A model generated the notes under the pieces. It was given only the letters and a program-made list of their open reading frames with translations. It did no database searches and was not told the origin of the DNA. This document shows, in pieces, positions 1 to 24,630 of a stretch of DNA of 64,000 bases. Location of the stretch: contig NC_087259.1 of the NCBI RefSeq assembly GCF_037042905.1, positions 24,986,001 through 25,050,000 on the forward strand, written 5' to 3'. The stretch comes from Lytechinus pictus. Taxonomy: Eukaryota. A program made the translations under genes and the position numbers. The stretch's first letter is position 1; each line of letters begins with the position of its first letter.

Positions 1-2975
1 GTTTTTGCATTGTGCGATGTTTTGGTATACCTTGGCAATTTGCGATGTTTGCAACAAATTTTTGTTTTTCAGTTGACCAGTTGCTTCAGTTCCAGGACAT
101 GTGAAGTTGCAAACAACTATCGCATGATCCAGGCCGCTTTTGAGGCAATTACCTTCACTAGCATATGCAGTTCTTATACATGTATATGCATATAGCGTGT
201 AGCGTTTTTGATGTAGTTTTCGAGCTGCACAGAGCTAATGGCGGTATATATAGCACATTTTGTTGTGTTAGTGCAAGAACGCCCTCAGCAAAACATTTTC
301 GCGAAATTCCCTTGAGCACTGCACTTTTGCATGCTGCTATAAGCTAAGGGCGTTTTTGTGCGCAAGTGGTGCACGAAGGTGTGGTGTTAAGGGAGTTCTT
401 GCACCGACAACAATTTGTTTTGCAAGGATTTTATACTAATCCGTTGTTCAAATAATGGTTAGTATACTCACCTGCAATTATGCCACAGTCACCAACAACG
501 CCGACTCGATACCGACCAAATCTAGTAGGTTATTTGAGATTACTTACCATTGGTCAGTTCAGAGTCTATTGGTTGGTATAACTGTAGCATAAGTTTGAGT
601 GGATCAGGACCATGATGCGTAAGCGAAGGATTAGGACTACCATATCAATTCAACTATCGTTGTGTTCTGAAATTTAGGTTAACCAATGTTAGGGCTTGGG
701 GGGGGGGGGGGGGGGCATCATGAAAACTGTTTTATTATGACAAAATAATGTGATATTTAAGTATTTCGAGTACCACATGTTTCATTGTATAGATTGTTTT
801 TGTAGCTGCGTTTGAAGAATTGTCAATGGGTAGAACAGAACGTTTTTTTTTTATTTGGTAAATCTGAGAGACAATTTTTTTTTCTAGAAAAACAAACAAA
901 AAAATGGACGGATGCAATATGTAGTTTGGAAATATCAGTGGATCACAAGATGCAGTGGGATTTTCTGGGAGCTTCGGACACTTTTATCCCGATTCAGTGT
1001 AGCGGTAACAAAGGCTGCTACAAGATTTTAAACCCAATTTGAGGAGATGTACATTTGTTGAAGGGTGTTGAAAAAGGGAATGAATGAATTTGGTGCTTGT
1101 CCCTCGACAAAAAGTGTTGAAAATAACCTAACTTGAATAAAATACTTTCTCATCATGTATTGCCGTGCCAAGAATCGATTATGCATATCCAATATTTTTT
1201 ATTTCCTCATTTCCGTTATGTTGAAGACATTTTCTCTCCAGTCCTGTAAGAAAGAAGAAAAAAGAGTAAACATTTGTACAAATCTTGCACCGTAATGTGT
1301 TGTTCAGAATTTCTGTGGAAGTACAAAAGAAATTCTTGTATGATAGTAATACGAGCGTACAGATAGCCTAATTAATATAGTTTTTTTTGTACTGTTATTT
1401 TAATTGTGTTGCTTTTTAATCTCCATATACGCTACCTATTATAAGTCCTGTATATTAATGATTTCTGTTCAATCAATTTTCTCTTACGGAAGAGACAAAT
1501 GAGAATACCCTGAAATGAATCGGAATTTGTTGCAAATGGACCACATGTAAGATTAAATTTATTGTTCAGATGCACTTGAGTAAATTGTGATAATATTTGT
1601 TAAATAGTTGGTTCGGTATTCATAGTTTATCTCTTTCCCTCAAAGCTGAAAACAAATTGTACAGACTCAAAATGTGTAAAAAGTAGTTGGATAAGAGATG
1701 AAAATTTTGGGATTTACAAGACTTCAAGATATTTGAACTACATGTCTCAACTATCACTTTTTCAATGTACATGTATTTGTATGAAAATTCACGATTTCAG
1801 ATTTTTTTTTATAGAGGAAAGCATGTTATGAGAAAGGTCAAGCTTTGCTGTTGGCCTTTCTTAAAGTGTGCTTTTTGAGCTTGTCTTGCTTTGTAGCTGT
1901 GCGCTGTACAATGAACAGGATTGTAAATATATAAATCAATCAGCAGAAAAAAAGAAAAACCTATGTTCGGATAATATAGGAATGAAAATGAATTTTTGTT
2001 GATTAGCCCGGAAAATTTTGAATTGTCTAAAGTGTAAGCATCTTGCGACATTTACTACTTTGTTTTTTTTTTAGATTACCCGTTGAATTTGTTTTTATCG
2101 CTTCTGCATATTTAAAAATACTGCAGCTTTTCTGTGAAAATGACAAAAACACACATGCACATAATATTTCTTATTTAATGGGAAGAAATTGTGTACAAAA
2201 TTCTGTAAAACGACATGATTTTGTTCATTACTCTACATCTTGTCAGAAGGGTAATGTTTGGTTAGAAAGGAGACAGATGTGAAGAGTTCACTTTGGACAA
2301 TTTAACCCCCCACAAATCTTGATTGTTTCAAAATTAAAACTTCACTTAGATTCCATCCAACAATGCAGGTTATTCACTGATTGTAGTTTGTTATTCTTGT
2401 CTCTTTGCGTACTTATTGGACAATTTTCATCTCCCTACTGGATTGAACACAGTGTTACATGGTGTGAACTTAACGCAGGTGCTTTGTTAAATTAGAGTAT
2501 TTTACATTGTGACTATTTGTTCATACTGTGATGAAATGTTTTCCAGAAGGGATGACTGAATAAGGTGGGGACTTTTACTAGGACTTTGGTATTCAGCCGT
2601 ATAGATTATCCGAGTGATGACGTCTTTGTCTTTCTGGCACAAGGGTGCTGGCTCGGTTCCATGACATTTGCTCCGGCGACAATTGCTCCGCTCTAAATTC
2701 AACACTCTAATGGAATGACCAACTTCAACCCTGGATTTAACACCATACTCTGTCCTAAACCTAACCCTGACATGAATCCTATTGCAAACCTAACCCTGAC
2801 CCTATATCTTAGACGAAATAAAGCCCGGAGCAATTGTCACCAGAGCAAGTGTCTTGTCACCGCTGGCTCAAGTGCATGCTACAGAGAAGATAGAGAGGAT
2901 ACTTAGAAAAGACGAGAGAGGAAAGAGGAGGGGGTAGATGGTAAGGATGGATCAAAGACAGTTCCGAGTCACCAG

Positions 2976-3422
2976 GGTCCCGTAACACAAAGGTTAACGA
3001 TTAATCGTATGCTCGATTTTCATGATTGATTGTACATTGTATTCAATGCAATCAATCGTAGAAAAATGTACGATCATTGCTAAGCAGTTAGTCCACGTCC
3101 TGGACGATTTTTATTGATTTGGCAAACCAAAGAGGCAAACCCTATCGGACCGTACCGATACCCCCGCGCGCACACATAACCAACACACACCCGCCCTCCA
3201 CTGATTCACTTACCCCCAGTGATTCGCCTAACCATGGGCCTAACCCAGTGATTCGCTTAACCATGGGCCTAACCCAATGATTCACTGATTCACTTTCGTG
3301 TGACTATTCAGGGGGTGTGTGTGTATTCGTGTTCTGGGATGTAGTGTGTTATGTGTTTGGTAGTGGTATCGTACCAAATAACAGTCCAGGAGGTGGACTA
3401 CTAAGCAGTGTGTTACGAGCCC
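2976..3422. mobile_element. Harbinger-like MITE (CAG flanks) carrying a nested insertion
   Basis: CAG|GGTCCCGTAACAC ... GTGTTACGAGCCC|CAG, with an internally palindromic body (GATTGATTG...CAATCAATC). Confidence 0.7.
3089..3400. mobile_element. 312-bp non-autonomous TIR element with a 9-bp TSD (Mutator/Merlin-like)
   Basis: CTAAGCAGT|TAGTCCACGTCCTGGAC ... GTCCAGGAGGTGGACTA|CTAAGCAGT, with internal tandem copies of CAGTGATTCGC(C/T)TAACCATGGGCCTAACC. Confidence 0.8.
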
Positions 3423-5075
3423 CAGGTCACTGGTTACTTCATGGACACCTGACTCGGATTAAGACATAGGTTCAAGGCCGTCAATGTGACCTTGAAGGCT
3501 GGCTTCAGAGGGAAAACAGATTGAAAAAGCTTATCAAGTATTGCAAGCCCGGCAATTTGACAATTAGAGTTGGCATTTGATCTAGCAGTGCTGTAGACCT
3601 TGGTCCCGATTCATATACACTTGGACTTGTTATAACAAAGTTACTATCAGTTTGAAGAATTTCAGTAGCTTTTAACTGTTATTGCCAATTTATTAAGCAT
3701 GACAAGATTTGTGAAACGGATCCCAGGAAGAGGGAGAGAGAGAGAAAAAAAATTGAGCAGGAAATTGCTACTTGGTCTTCACCCACTTTGTCTACTTTCC
3801 ATTTGGTCTCATGAGACTCATCTAATATAGTTGGATCGTTATTTGTCTACAATTTTTTTGTCTTCTAATCATTTAATGTAATTGCCATAAGTCCATTTTG
3901 TGTGATTTCCAGTTAGGCTAACTATACCCATTTCATCTAGTATCCACTTAGTGTGAATGATTTGGTGAAATGTTTACAAATAAAATCCTCATTCAGCAAA
4001 GTGCAAAATTTACGAAGTGGAAATTCGGCTATCTGGGCATCGGGTTAATTGATTTGGATAAAGTGCAGTGCAGACACTGATCTGTATACAGATCAGTGCC
4101 TGGCAATTAACCCAAGTTGATAGATCAAATGGGTGGAGCCAATGTGGTACTGAGAAGAAGATTAAGTGAATATTTGAGCTCCTGACGTTGCTTAAGTGTT
4201 TCAGATGCTTGGTTGATGTAGTTTTAGAGAGCCAGACTCTGAGACAGAATGTCAGCGGTGACCACTACCCCCCCCAGCAGTGTAACAGGGGTTGGTGGCC
4301 AGGGGGGGGGGGGGGGGGGGCAAGAGCCAAAAATTTCCCGGTCATATCATGGAACAGGCAATCGCGTCATGAGGCAAAAATTTTGAGGGGGTGATATGGT
4401 GTATCGGGCAAAAAATGGAAATGCGAGCGAGCGAGCAAAATTTTTTGACATTTTTATTACAAACATCCAATTTTGTGATAGATTTTGACATAATGTTAAA
4501 AAAAGATATCATATTTCACCCTTCTCTTTTTTTTTGTACGCCACGGTAAATAAGATTTTTTTAATGCCGATTGTGCGCATCAGGGCGAAGCTCTATATGC
4601 TCGAGGGGGCCAGTATGGCGCGTGTGGCAAGAAGTAGCTTAATGTAAGTACCGAAGCGAAGCGAGCGAGAAAAAAAATCACCTTTTCATGATAATCTAAC
4701 ATGAAAATAGATTTTGACCTGATATTCAGAAATATATAATACGCTTTTCCTTTGCTTTTCTGTCTTTCCTACTTTTTGTTTGTTTGGTTGTAGAGCTTTT
4801 TGGGGCCATGGTCCAAACTCATCCATACAACAGTTCAACAGTGCTATGTGGGTGGGGTCCGGGGAACCCCGGAACCTCTTGATATTAAAGCCATTTTAAA
4901 CCTTACAGATGGCCACTAATTTTAATCAAAAGTTCATGTTTATCTATATAGCTTTCACACAACACATAAATTCAATGCAGTTGCGTACCATAATCATTCA
5001 CATATTTTGAGGGGGTACACCTTAGCAAATGTGGGAAAATTTGTAAACAGTCGCCAGCGAAGCGAGCCAGAAAGT

Positions 5076-6249
5076 AACAAGTGGAACGCCTCTGGCAGTC
5101 TCGCCTGCATTACGCAATATAATATAGCAGCAGTGCTAACTTTGAAAACTACTATAAAATAATCATTAACAAAAACATCATTCATATAATGACATAATAC
5201 CACGTTCATTGACCATAAATGACATTTGAACGGAGACTTAAGACTGTCAACTACACCCATGTCCACATTTCATTCACTCTATCCATAAACTTTCAAAGTT
5301 ATGATGGCACTTCAACAATTACCCCAACATGGCCTAAGTTTATTGACCTTAACTGACCTTTGACTTGGTTTTGTGACCTGAAACTCACAGGGGATGTTCA
5401 GTGGTGCTTGATTACTCTTATATCCCAAGTTTTATGAACTAGATCCATAAACTTTCAGAGTTAGGATGGTAATTCAACAAATACCCCCAACACGGCCAAA
5501 GTTCATTGACCTTAAATGACCATTTACCATGGTCATGTGACCTGAAACTCGCACAGGATATTCAGTGGTACTTGATTAACCTAATGTCCAAGTTTCATGA
5601 ACTAAATCCATAAATTTTCAAAGTTATGATGGCAATTCAACAAATACCCCCAACTTGGCCAAAGTTCATTGACCCTAAATGACCTTTGACCTTGGTCATG
5701 TGACCTGAAACTCAGGCAGGATGTTCACTAATACTTGATTAACCTTATGGCCAAGTTTCATGGACTAGATTTATAAACTTTCAAAGTTATGATAGTAATT
5801 CAACAAATACCCCCAACTTGACCAAAGTTCATTGACCCTAAATGACCTTTGACCTTGGTCACTTGACCTGAATCTCGAGCAGGATGTTCACTAATACTTG
5901 ATTTACCTTATGCCCAAGTTTCATGAACTAGGTCCATATACTGTCTAAGTTATGATGTCATTTCAAAAACTTAACCTTCGGTTAAGATTTTGAAAATAAT
6001 TTTCCCAACATGGTCTAAGTTCATTGACCCTAAATGACCTTTGACCTTGGTCATGTGATTTGAAACTCTGGCAGGATGTTCAGTAATACTTGATTAAGCT
6101 TATGTCCAAGTTTCATGAACTAGGTCCATATACTTTCTAAGTTATGATGTCATTTCAAAAACTTAACCTTAGGTTAAGATTTGATGTTGACGCCGCCGTC
6201 GGAAAAGCGGCGCCTATAGTCTCGCTCTGCTATGCAGGCGAGACAAAAA
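5076..6249 (-). mobile_element. Helentron-associated non-autonomous element (HINE/DINE-1-like) with an internal 163-bp tandem array
   Basis: Subterminal inverted repeat GTCTCGCCTGCAT (5098-5110) / ATGCAGGCGAGAC (6232-6244). Adjacent hairpins GTCTCGC...GCGAGAC and CGCCGC...GCGGCG. Ends fall in A/T runs with no TSD. ATTGACC unit anchors at 5342, 5505, 5668, 5831 and 6023. Confidence 0.75.
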
Positions 6250-7125
6250 TGGCCTTTTGAAATGAAATTCTAATTATGTGATAGATTTTTACATCATAGC
6301 AAATATCATGTCATATATATATTTCTTCATTCATCTCATTTCGCTGCCTCCTTTATTTTCTTTTATTTCCCCTTGGCTGTGGAACCACCCCCCCCCCCCG
6401 GTACGCCAGTGCTTAAACGCAAAGTTCAATGCAGAAAGGGTTCATACAGGGGCCGTTATAGAGCCCTTTAAAGGTTACAGATGAAGGGGAATCAATGCAT
6501 GGGGTCTTGGACAGAGCCCCCGGTAGCTTTGGAGAATTAGCAAGTTTATGATGATAATTATCGTCAATCCTCGGCAGCACGGTAGTTTTATCTTGTCCCT
6601 TTTCTATATTTTCCAATTTAGATTTTGGCTCATTCCATTCTACCTCCATTTCCCGCTTTTGTTTGCCTTTTTTGGTCATCTTTAATTTATTTCCCTGTCT
6701 TACTAATCATTGTAAACTATTGTATTTGTATATCGGGGAGAATTGTTCTTTCACACATGTTCTTCTTTCCTTCTATTTTCCCGTTTTCTTTCCGTTTTCC
6801 CTTTTTATGTTTTTCTTCGTTTTCTTTTCCCTTCCCTTTCCTTTTCCCCCGTTCCTTTTTTTTCCCTTTCCCTTTCTTTCTCCCCCTTTTTTTCTTTTTC
6901 CCGTTTCTTATTTTATTTTCCCGGTGAACTCCGCCAGGGGAGGCAGCTGGCCCCCTGCCCCCCCCCCCCCGCCTGTTACGCCACTGCCCCCGCTTCCTCC
7001 CTCCCCCTCCCTAATGCTTTAAAAAGAGGAACATGCACGGCAAAAAAACAATGGAATGTCCTAGCGTCCATGGAAACATATCCACTAAAATGTCATCAAA
7101 AATTATCTTCGAAATTTATGACAAA

Positions 7126-7796
7126 GGGCCGTATGCATAAAGACAAGCAATTGCTTATAAGCAAATGCTTTAAGCAAAAGCAAGAGCTGGTCAAGCAAAA
7201 GGGCAAGTTCAAGCAATTGCTTAAATTCGTATGCACAAGCTTTTGCTTGTGCTGAAACCTTTTGCTTGCACTGCCTAAGCAATTGCTTATGTGTTTGACA
7301 AAGGATCGTTACGGTTGTGCGAACATCGCACAGTAGGACAACGACGCTTCGTGCCCGAACTGGCAGCAGTAAAAACAGCGCAGAGCATCAGGGGGGTTTC
7401 TGTGTAGATCGATGGACAAAAATTGCCGTAAAAAGTCTAAAATAACAGGAAATTGATTAGATATGAATTCACAACATAACCTCTGGAATATGGAGCTTGA
7501 AACGGTATGAAAATGTAATCCTTAAACGAGAATGCCCTGAGTAAGCAAGAGCTCAAGCTGGTCCGGAGGTGCTTGAAAAAACGCAAGCAATTGCTTATCA
7601 AGACAAGTAAAAGGTTTGTTTTATGCATACGGTTTTAAGCAATTGCTTGTTTGGTAAGCATTTGCTTACGAGTAGTAAGCAATTGTTTGTGCTTGTAAGC
7701 AAAAGCTTTTGCTTATAAGCAATTGCTTGTTTGTGTGTATACCGTTTCAAGCAAAAGGCTAGCACAAGCAATTGCTTGTTTTTATGCATACGGCCC
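7126..7796. mobile_element. Foldback-type MITE (GGGCC termini, Harbinger-like) with repeated AAGCAATTGCTT palindromes
   Basis: GGGCCGTATGCATAAAGACAAGCAATTGCTT ... AAGCAATTGCTTGTTTTTATGCATACGGCCC, with AAA on both flanks and seven exact AAGCAATTGCTT copies. Confidence 0.85.
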
Positions 7797-8819
7797 AAAG
7801 ACTGGACACAAGAAATGAAGAAATTTCACAGTCAAAATTGATTTCTGAAAATTGCACAACTTAATTGTTTAATATTCAAGATCACCTGCATAGATAGGTC
7901 TATAGTTTAGTGCAATATATCAATTAAAAATAAAAAAATATTTCAGAAATTGAAATGGAATCAAACTACAGTGTATATCCTTGTACATTATGATCACGAG
8001 ATGGCGCTAGATAAAAAGTTGATCTTGAAGTACCTGTATACTATCCTAATATTTTTTTCATCTGATTTCTCCATGGTAAATCAAGAATAGAATTACGCTA
8101 ATCATATGTGTGCCTCAAATAAGAATATAGCACTTGAAAAATATTGATTTTGATGAAAAGAGAGAGAAAAACCCGACTCTCTCCCCTCCAAAAAAAAAAA
8201 TATGTAAAAAAAAAGATAATAAAAGATAATTTTTTCAGTATCACCATTTGAGAACAGAAATTGAAGTATGAAAAATCTTCAGTCATACTATGCTGACCCT
8301 CAAATTGGCAATGTTCCAACAAGTGATACAGTTTGCAATGATGGTGTGTACATAAAATCAGATGCTTTTCTATAAAGATTGTCCACTACATCTTTTAGTT
8401 ATGAAGGAGACAAGTTGCACCTTGATTAATAATAGAGGAAATAAGGAATTTGTGTAAAAAAAACCATACACTAAGCCTGTCACTTTGAAGTAAATTTGCA
8501 AATTTTAAGGTCGCCACAGACGATGAATTGATACTTTCAACCTTTATTTTGATGGCACTATATTGATTTTCTCTATTCTCTCTTTTCATTGAAATCTATC
8601 CCCCCAAAGTTTTCATTCTTCTTAAAACCTTTACCAGCCCCAGTCCGCTGTTAAAATTCATATACATGTAACTGAATCCGTAATCAGAATATAATCTCAA
8701 TGCTTCATTTACATAAAACCAATATATACACATGTATATTATTTCTTTTTGCACTTGGCACATTCAGTTTGCTATCATTATAATTTCATTTACAGTAGTT
8801 GATAAGAACTGGCATGTAT

Positions 8820-21862
<13,043 letters not shown>

Positions 21863-24369
21863 TTAAAAAGTTATAATACATCCAAATGTGGGCCTATATT
21901 GGTAGTGTTATTATGGTCAGGGCCATATGTGAAGTGTACCTCGAACACTGTAGGCTATACGGTATACAGATAGACAAAATATTCACATATGGCACAATCT
22001 TTCTACTAACTTCACTACATGAATTTGGATTGAAACCCTTCACTGCCTGATGGGAATGCGCGAACTTGGCTATATACTCAGTAGGTGCCTTGCTTCAGTT
22101 CGAAAATCAACACAAACTAAACTGCATGTATCGAGGGTTGCGAACAATAGTTGGTTCGAAATCTTCAAACATTTACACAGTTGTCAAATATTAATTCACC
22201 GGGCTTACGATGCGTGACTTTGAATATGAACACACATTTAAAAGAAAATTGCGTGTTTATTGTTCATTGGGAAAATCGAAATGGTAAGTTGGATCGAGGA
22301 CCTTAAGGGGTTAGGCGCGGATCCAGCCGGGTGTTGTTAAAACACAAAATGGCCCCTGGGCGAAATATGGTATTGCAGTGGCGTAATGAGCCAAAAAGTT
22401 TGCGGGTGCTACATATGGCGTATCGCGAGCGAGCGAGCAAAAATGTCGATATTTTATTACAAAAATCAAATTTCGTTATAGATTTAACTTAATATTCAGA
22501 AAGTAATATCACATTTCACTCTTCTCTACAAGGGCGTAGGCTGGGAGGGGGTGCACCGGTACCCTCCCGCTGAGGCAGAGGAGTTCCGACACGGGCAAGC
22601 AAAACGAAATTTGTACCCCTTCTTCTGCTTTCAACAGCTGAAAATGTGCACCCCGCTCCATACCACTTTAGTTCCACCTCCCCACGATGTGCACCTCCCC
22701 ATTCCCAAACCAGCCCACGCCCTTGCTCTATTTCCTTTTCTTTCATATTCTCTAGCGCTTTTTTTTCTTGGTCGTGATTTTTTTTCCAAGCCCCCCCCCC
22801 CCCATCCGTACGCCACTGTGATATTGTGTGTAATCCATCAGCTGGGTCCGCGCCAGGAAGGGGTACCCCAGGCTGAAAATGACATATCAGATAAGGAAAA
22901 ATCAAACGGAACAAAATTTGAAACTTTGATCAAAATAACATATGAAAAAGTGGAGACATGACATTAAGTCCATGGATATTCATGATGACGTGTTTATAAC
23001 TGTTTTCACAAAATATTGCTAAAATTTGAAATTTAATAACTTTGTTATCCGATTTTGATGAAATTTTCAGCATTTTGCTCTGTGAATTTTACTCTATTTA
23101 TGAAGATGTAATTATTTTCAGCCCAGAGTACCCCTTTAGATTGTCTGAAAAACTTTAATCACCTTGATGAAAGGTCTGACCTGCAGATATAGGGGCAGGG
23201 GGTGATGATTTGTGTATCTTATGACTTTTCTATTATTATGAACGAATATTAAGATATCATGCCTGGCAATATAGATTTACTTTTCAGATCGACTAATTAA
23301 AAATTGATAAAATGTGCTTGGTTTTAAATATAATAATGGTGTGAAAACGAAGTATTTGCTATTTAACAGGGATGACGCAGATACATGAATCAGTCCAAGT
23401 GATGAAAATGTTTTCAAATATTATTTTATATTGAAAGAAATGGAATTTCATTCATTCATTAAAAAAGCGGCATAGTCAACAAATGGAAGGGTATGTGTAG
23501 TGCATCCAGACACGAATTATTTTCAAGCTAACAATTATTCAAGTAGCTAGTATTGTTGTGAATAACCGAAAAGCCACATAATTGCCATCAAGATGGACTT
23601 TCCTCACCCCTACCCCTAAAAATCTTAAGGAGGGTATAGACGCCCCTTAATATTTCCAAATGTTACGCCATTGGCCTAGCTCCTGATAGTTTGTCTGGTC
23701 GGGAAGATAAAACATTACGTGTTACCTTTGCTCGAGCAGGTTCACTGCTCTTGATGGTGCATGATCATTGATCGTGATCTACAGTCACGCCACGGGGGAG
23801 GAGGGGGGGGGGGGGTGAGGTGGGTTGGGTGGCCGAACGCCCCTTTTATTTCTCAAGGGGACAAATGGAGTTTTTACATGAGTTAATTATATCAGGGGAG
23901 GCCCGAGACAAGGAGAGTATTGATAAGAGTGGCCTTGAATAATCCCTATACTTTTTCAACGATTTAGAAAGGACCCTTGTAGTGAAAAGAAAGGATTAGA
24001 CCAGGGACCGGGTACATCTTTTTTTTCCTTCTTTCTTCGTACTTATTTTTCTTTCTTCTTCTTCCTCCTCCTCTTTCTTCTTCTATTTTCCCTCCTACTT
24101 CTCGTTTTTCCCAGGTGATCCTGCAGTGTCATAAGTAAATAGACCGGACTGTAGTTCGCAATCGCTTGAAATAATATTGATATGATCTTTATTTGTTTTA
24201 AATCTTCAGATTCAATTTGAATAATGCATGCTGCACAGGCTGATAAAATATTAATACATTTTTTCTAGATACAATACACTTCAAAATGACACAAAATCCA
24301 CGAAGATATTGAATTCACTGGCGGAAATCTTATAACAATCATAAATTTCTCTAGGAATTTCAAATTCCC

Positions 24370-24630
24370 AGGGAAAGAGAAGAAGTAGAAGAAGAAGAAG
24401 AAGAGGAAGATGGAGATGGAGAAGAAGAAAAAAAAGAAGAAGAAGAGGTAGAGGAAGAGGAAGAAGAAGAAAAAAAAGAGGAAGAAAAGAAGAAGACGTA
24501 CGAGAAGAAAAGAGGAATGTTGGAAAGAGGGTGAATTTTTGAAGAATAACGGTAAAAAAAAATTACGGGACAGAAGGCAAAGAAAAAAAAAGAGAAGATG
24601 AAAAAAAAAGAGAGACACAGAGAACACCAT
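24370..24630. repeat. Purine-rich (GAA/GAG)n low-complexity tract; similar tracts at 6740-6920 (pyrimidine-rich) and 25560-25740
   Basis: Seen directly in the sequence. Confidence 0.85.

Noticed and set aside
1190-1260. Minus-strand acceptor-like site (TTCTTTCTTACAG) suggesting an exon of a neighbouring gene
   Set aside because: The two frames I checked close within a few codons, and no partner exon or homology is recognisable.
6625-7255. Overlapping F/P/S-rich ORFs (also 24265-24797, 25402-25745, 50593-50970)
   Set aside because: They are artefacts of pyrimidine or purine low-complexity tracts that lack stop codons.
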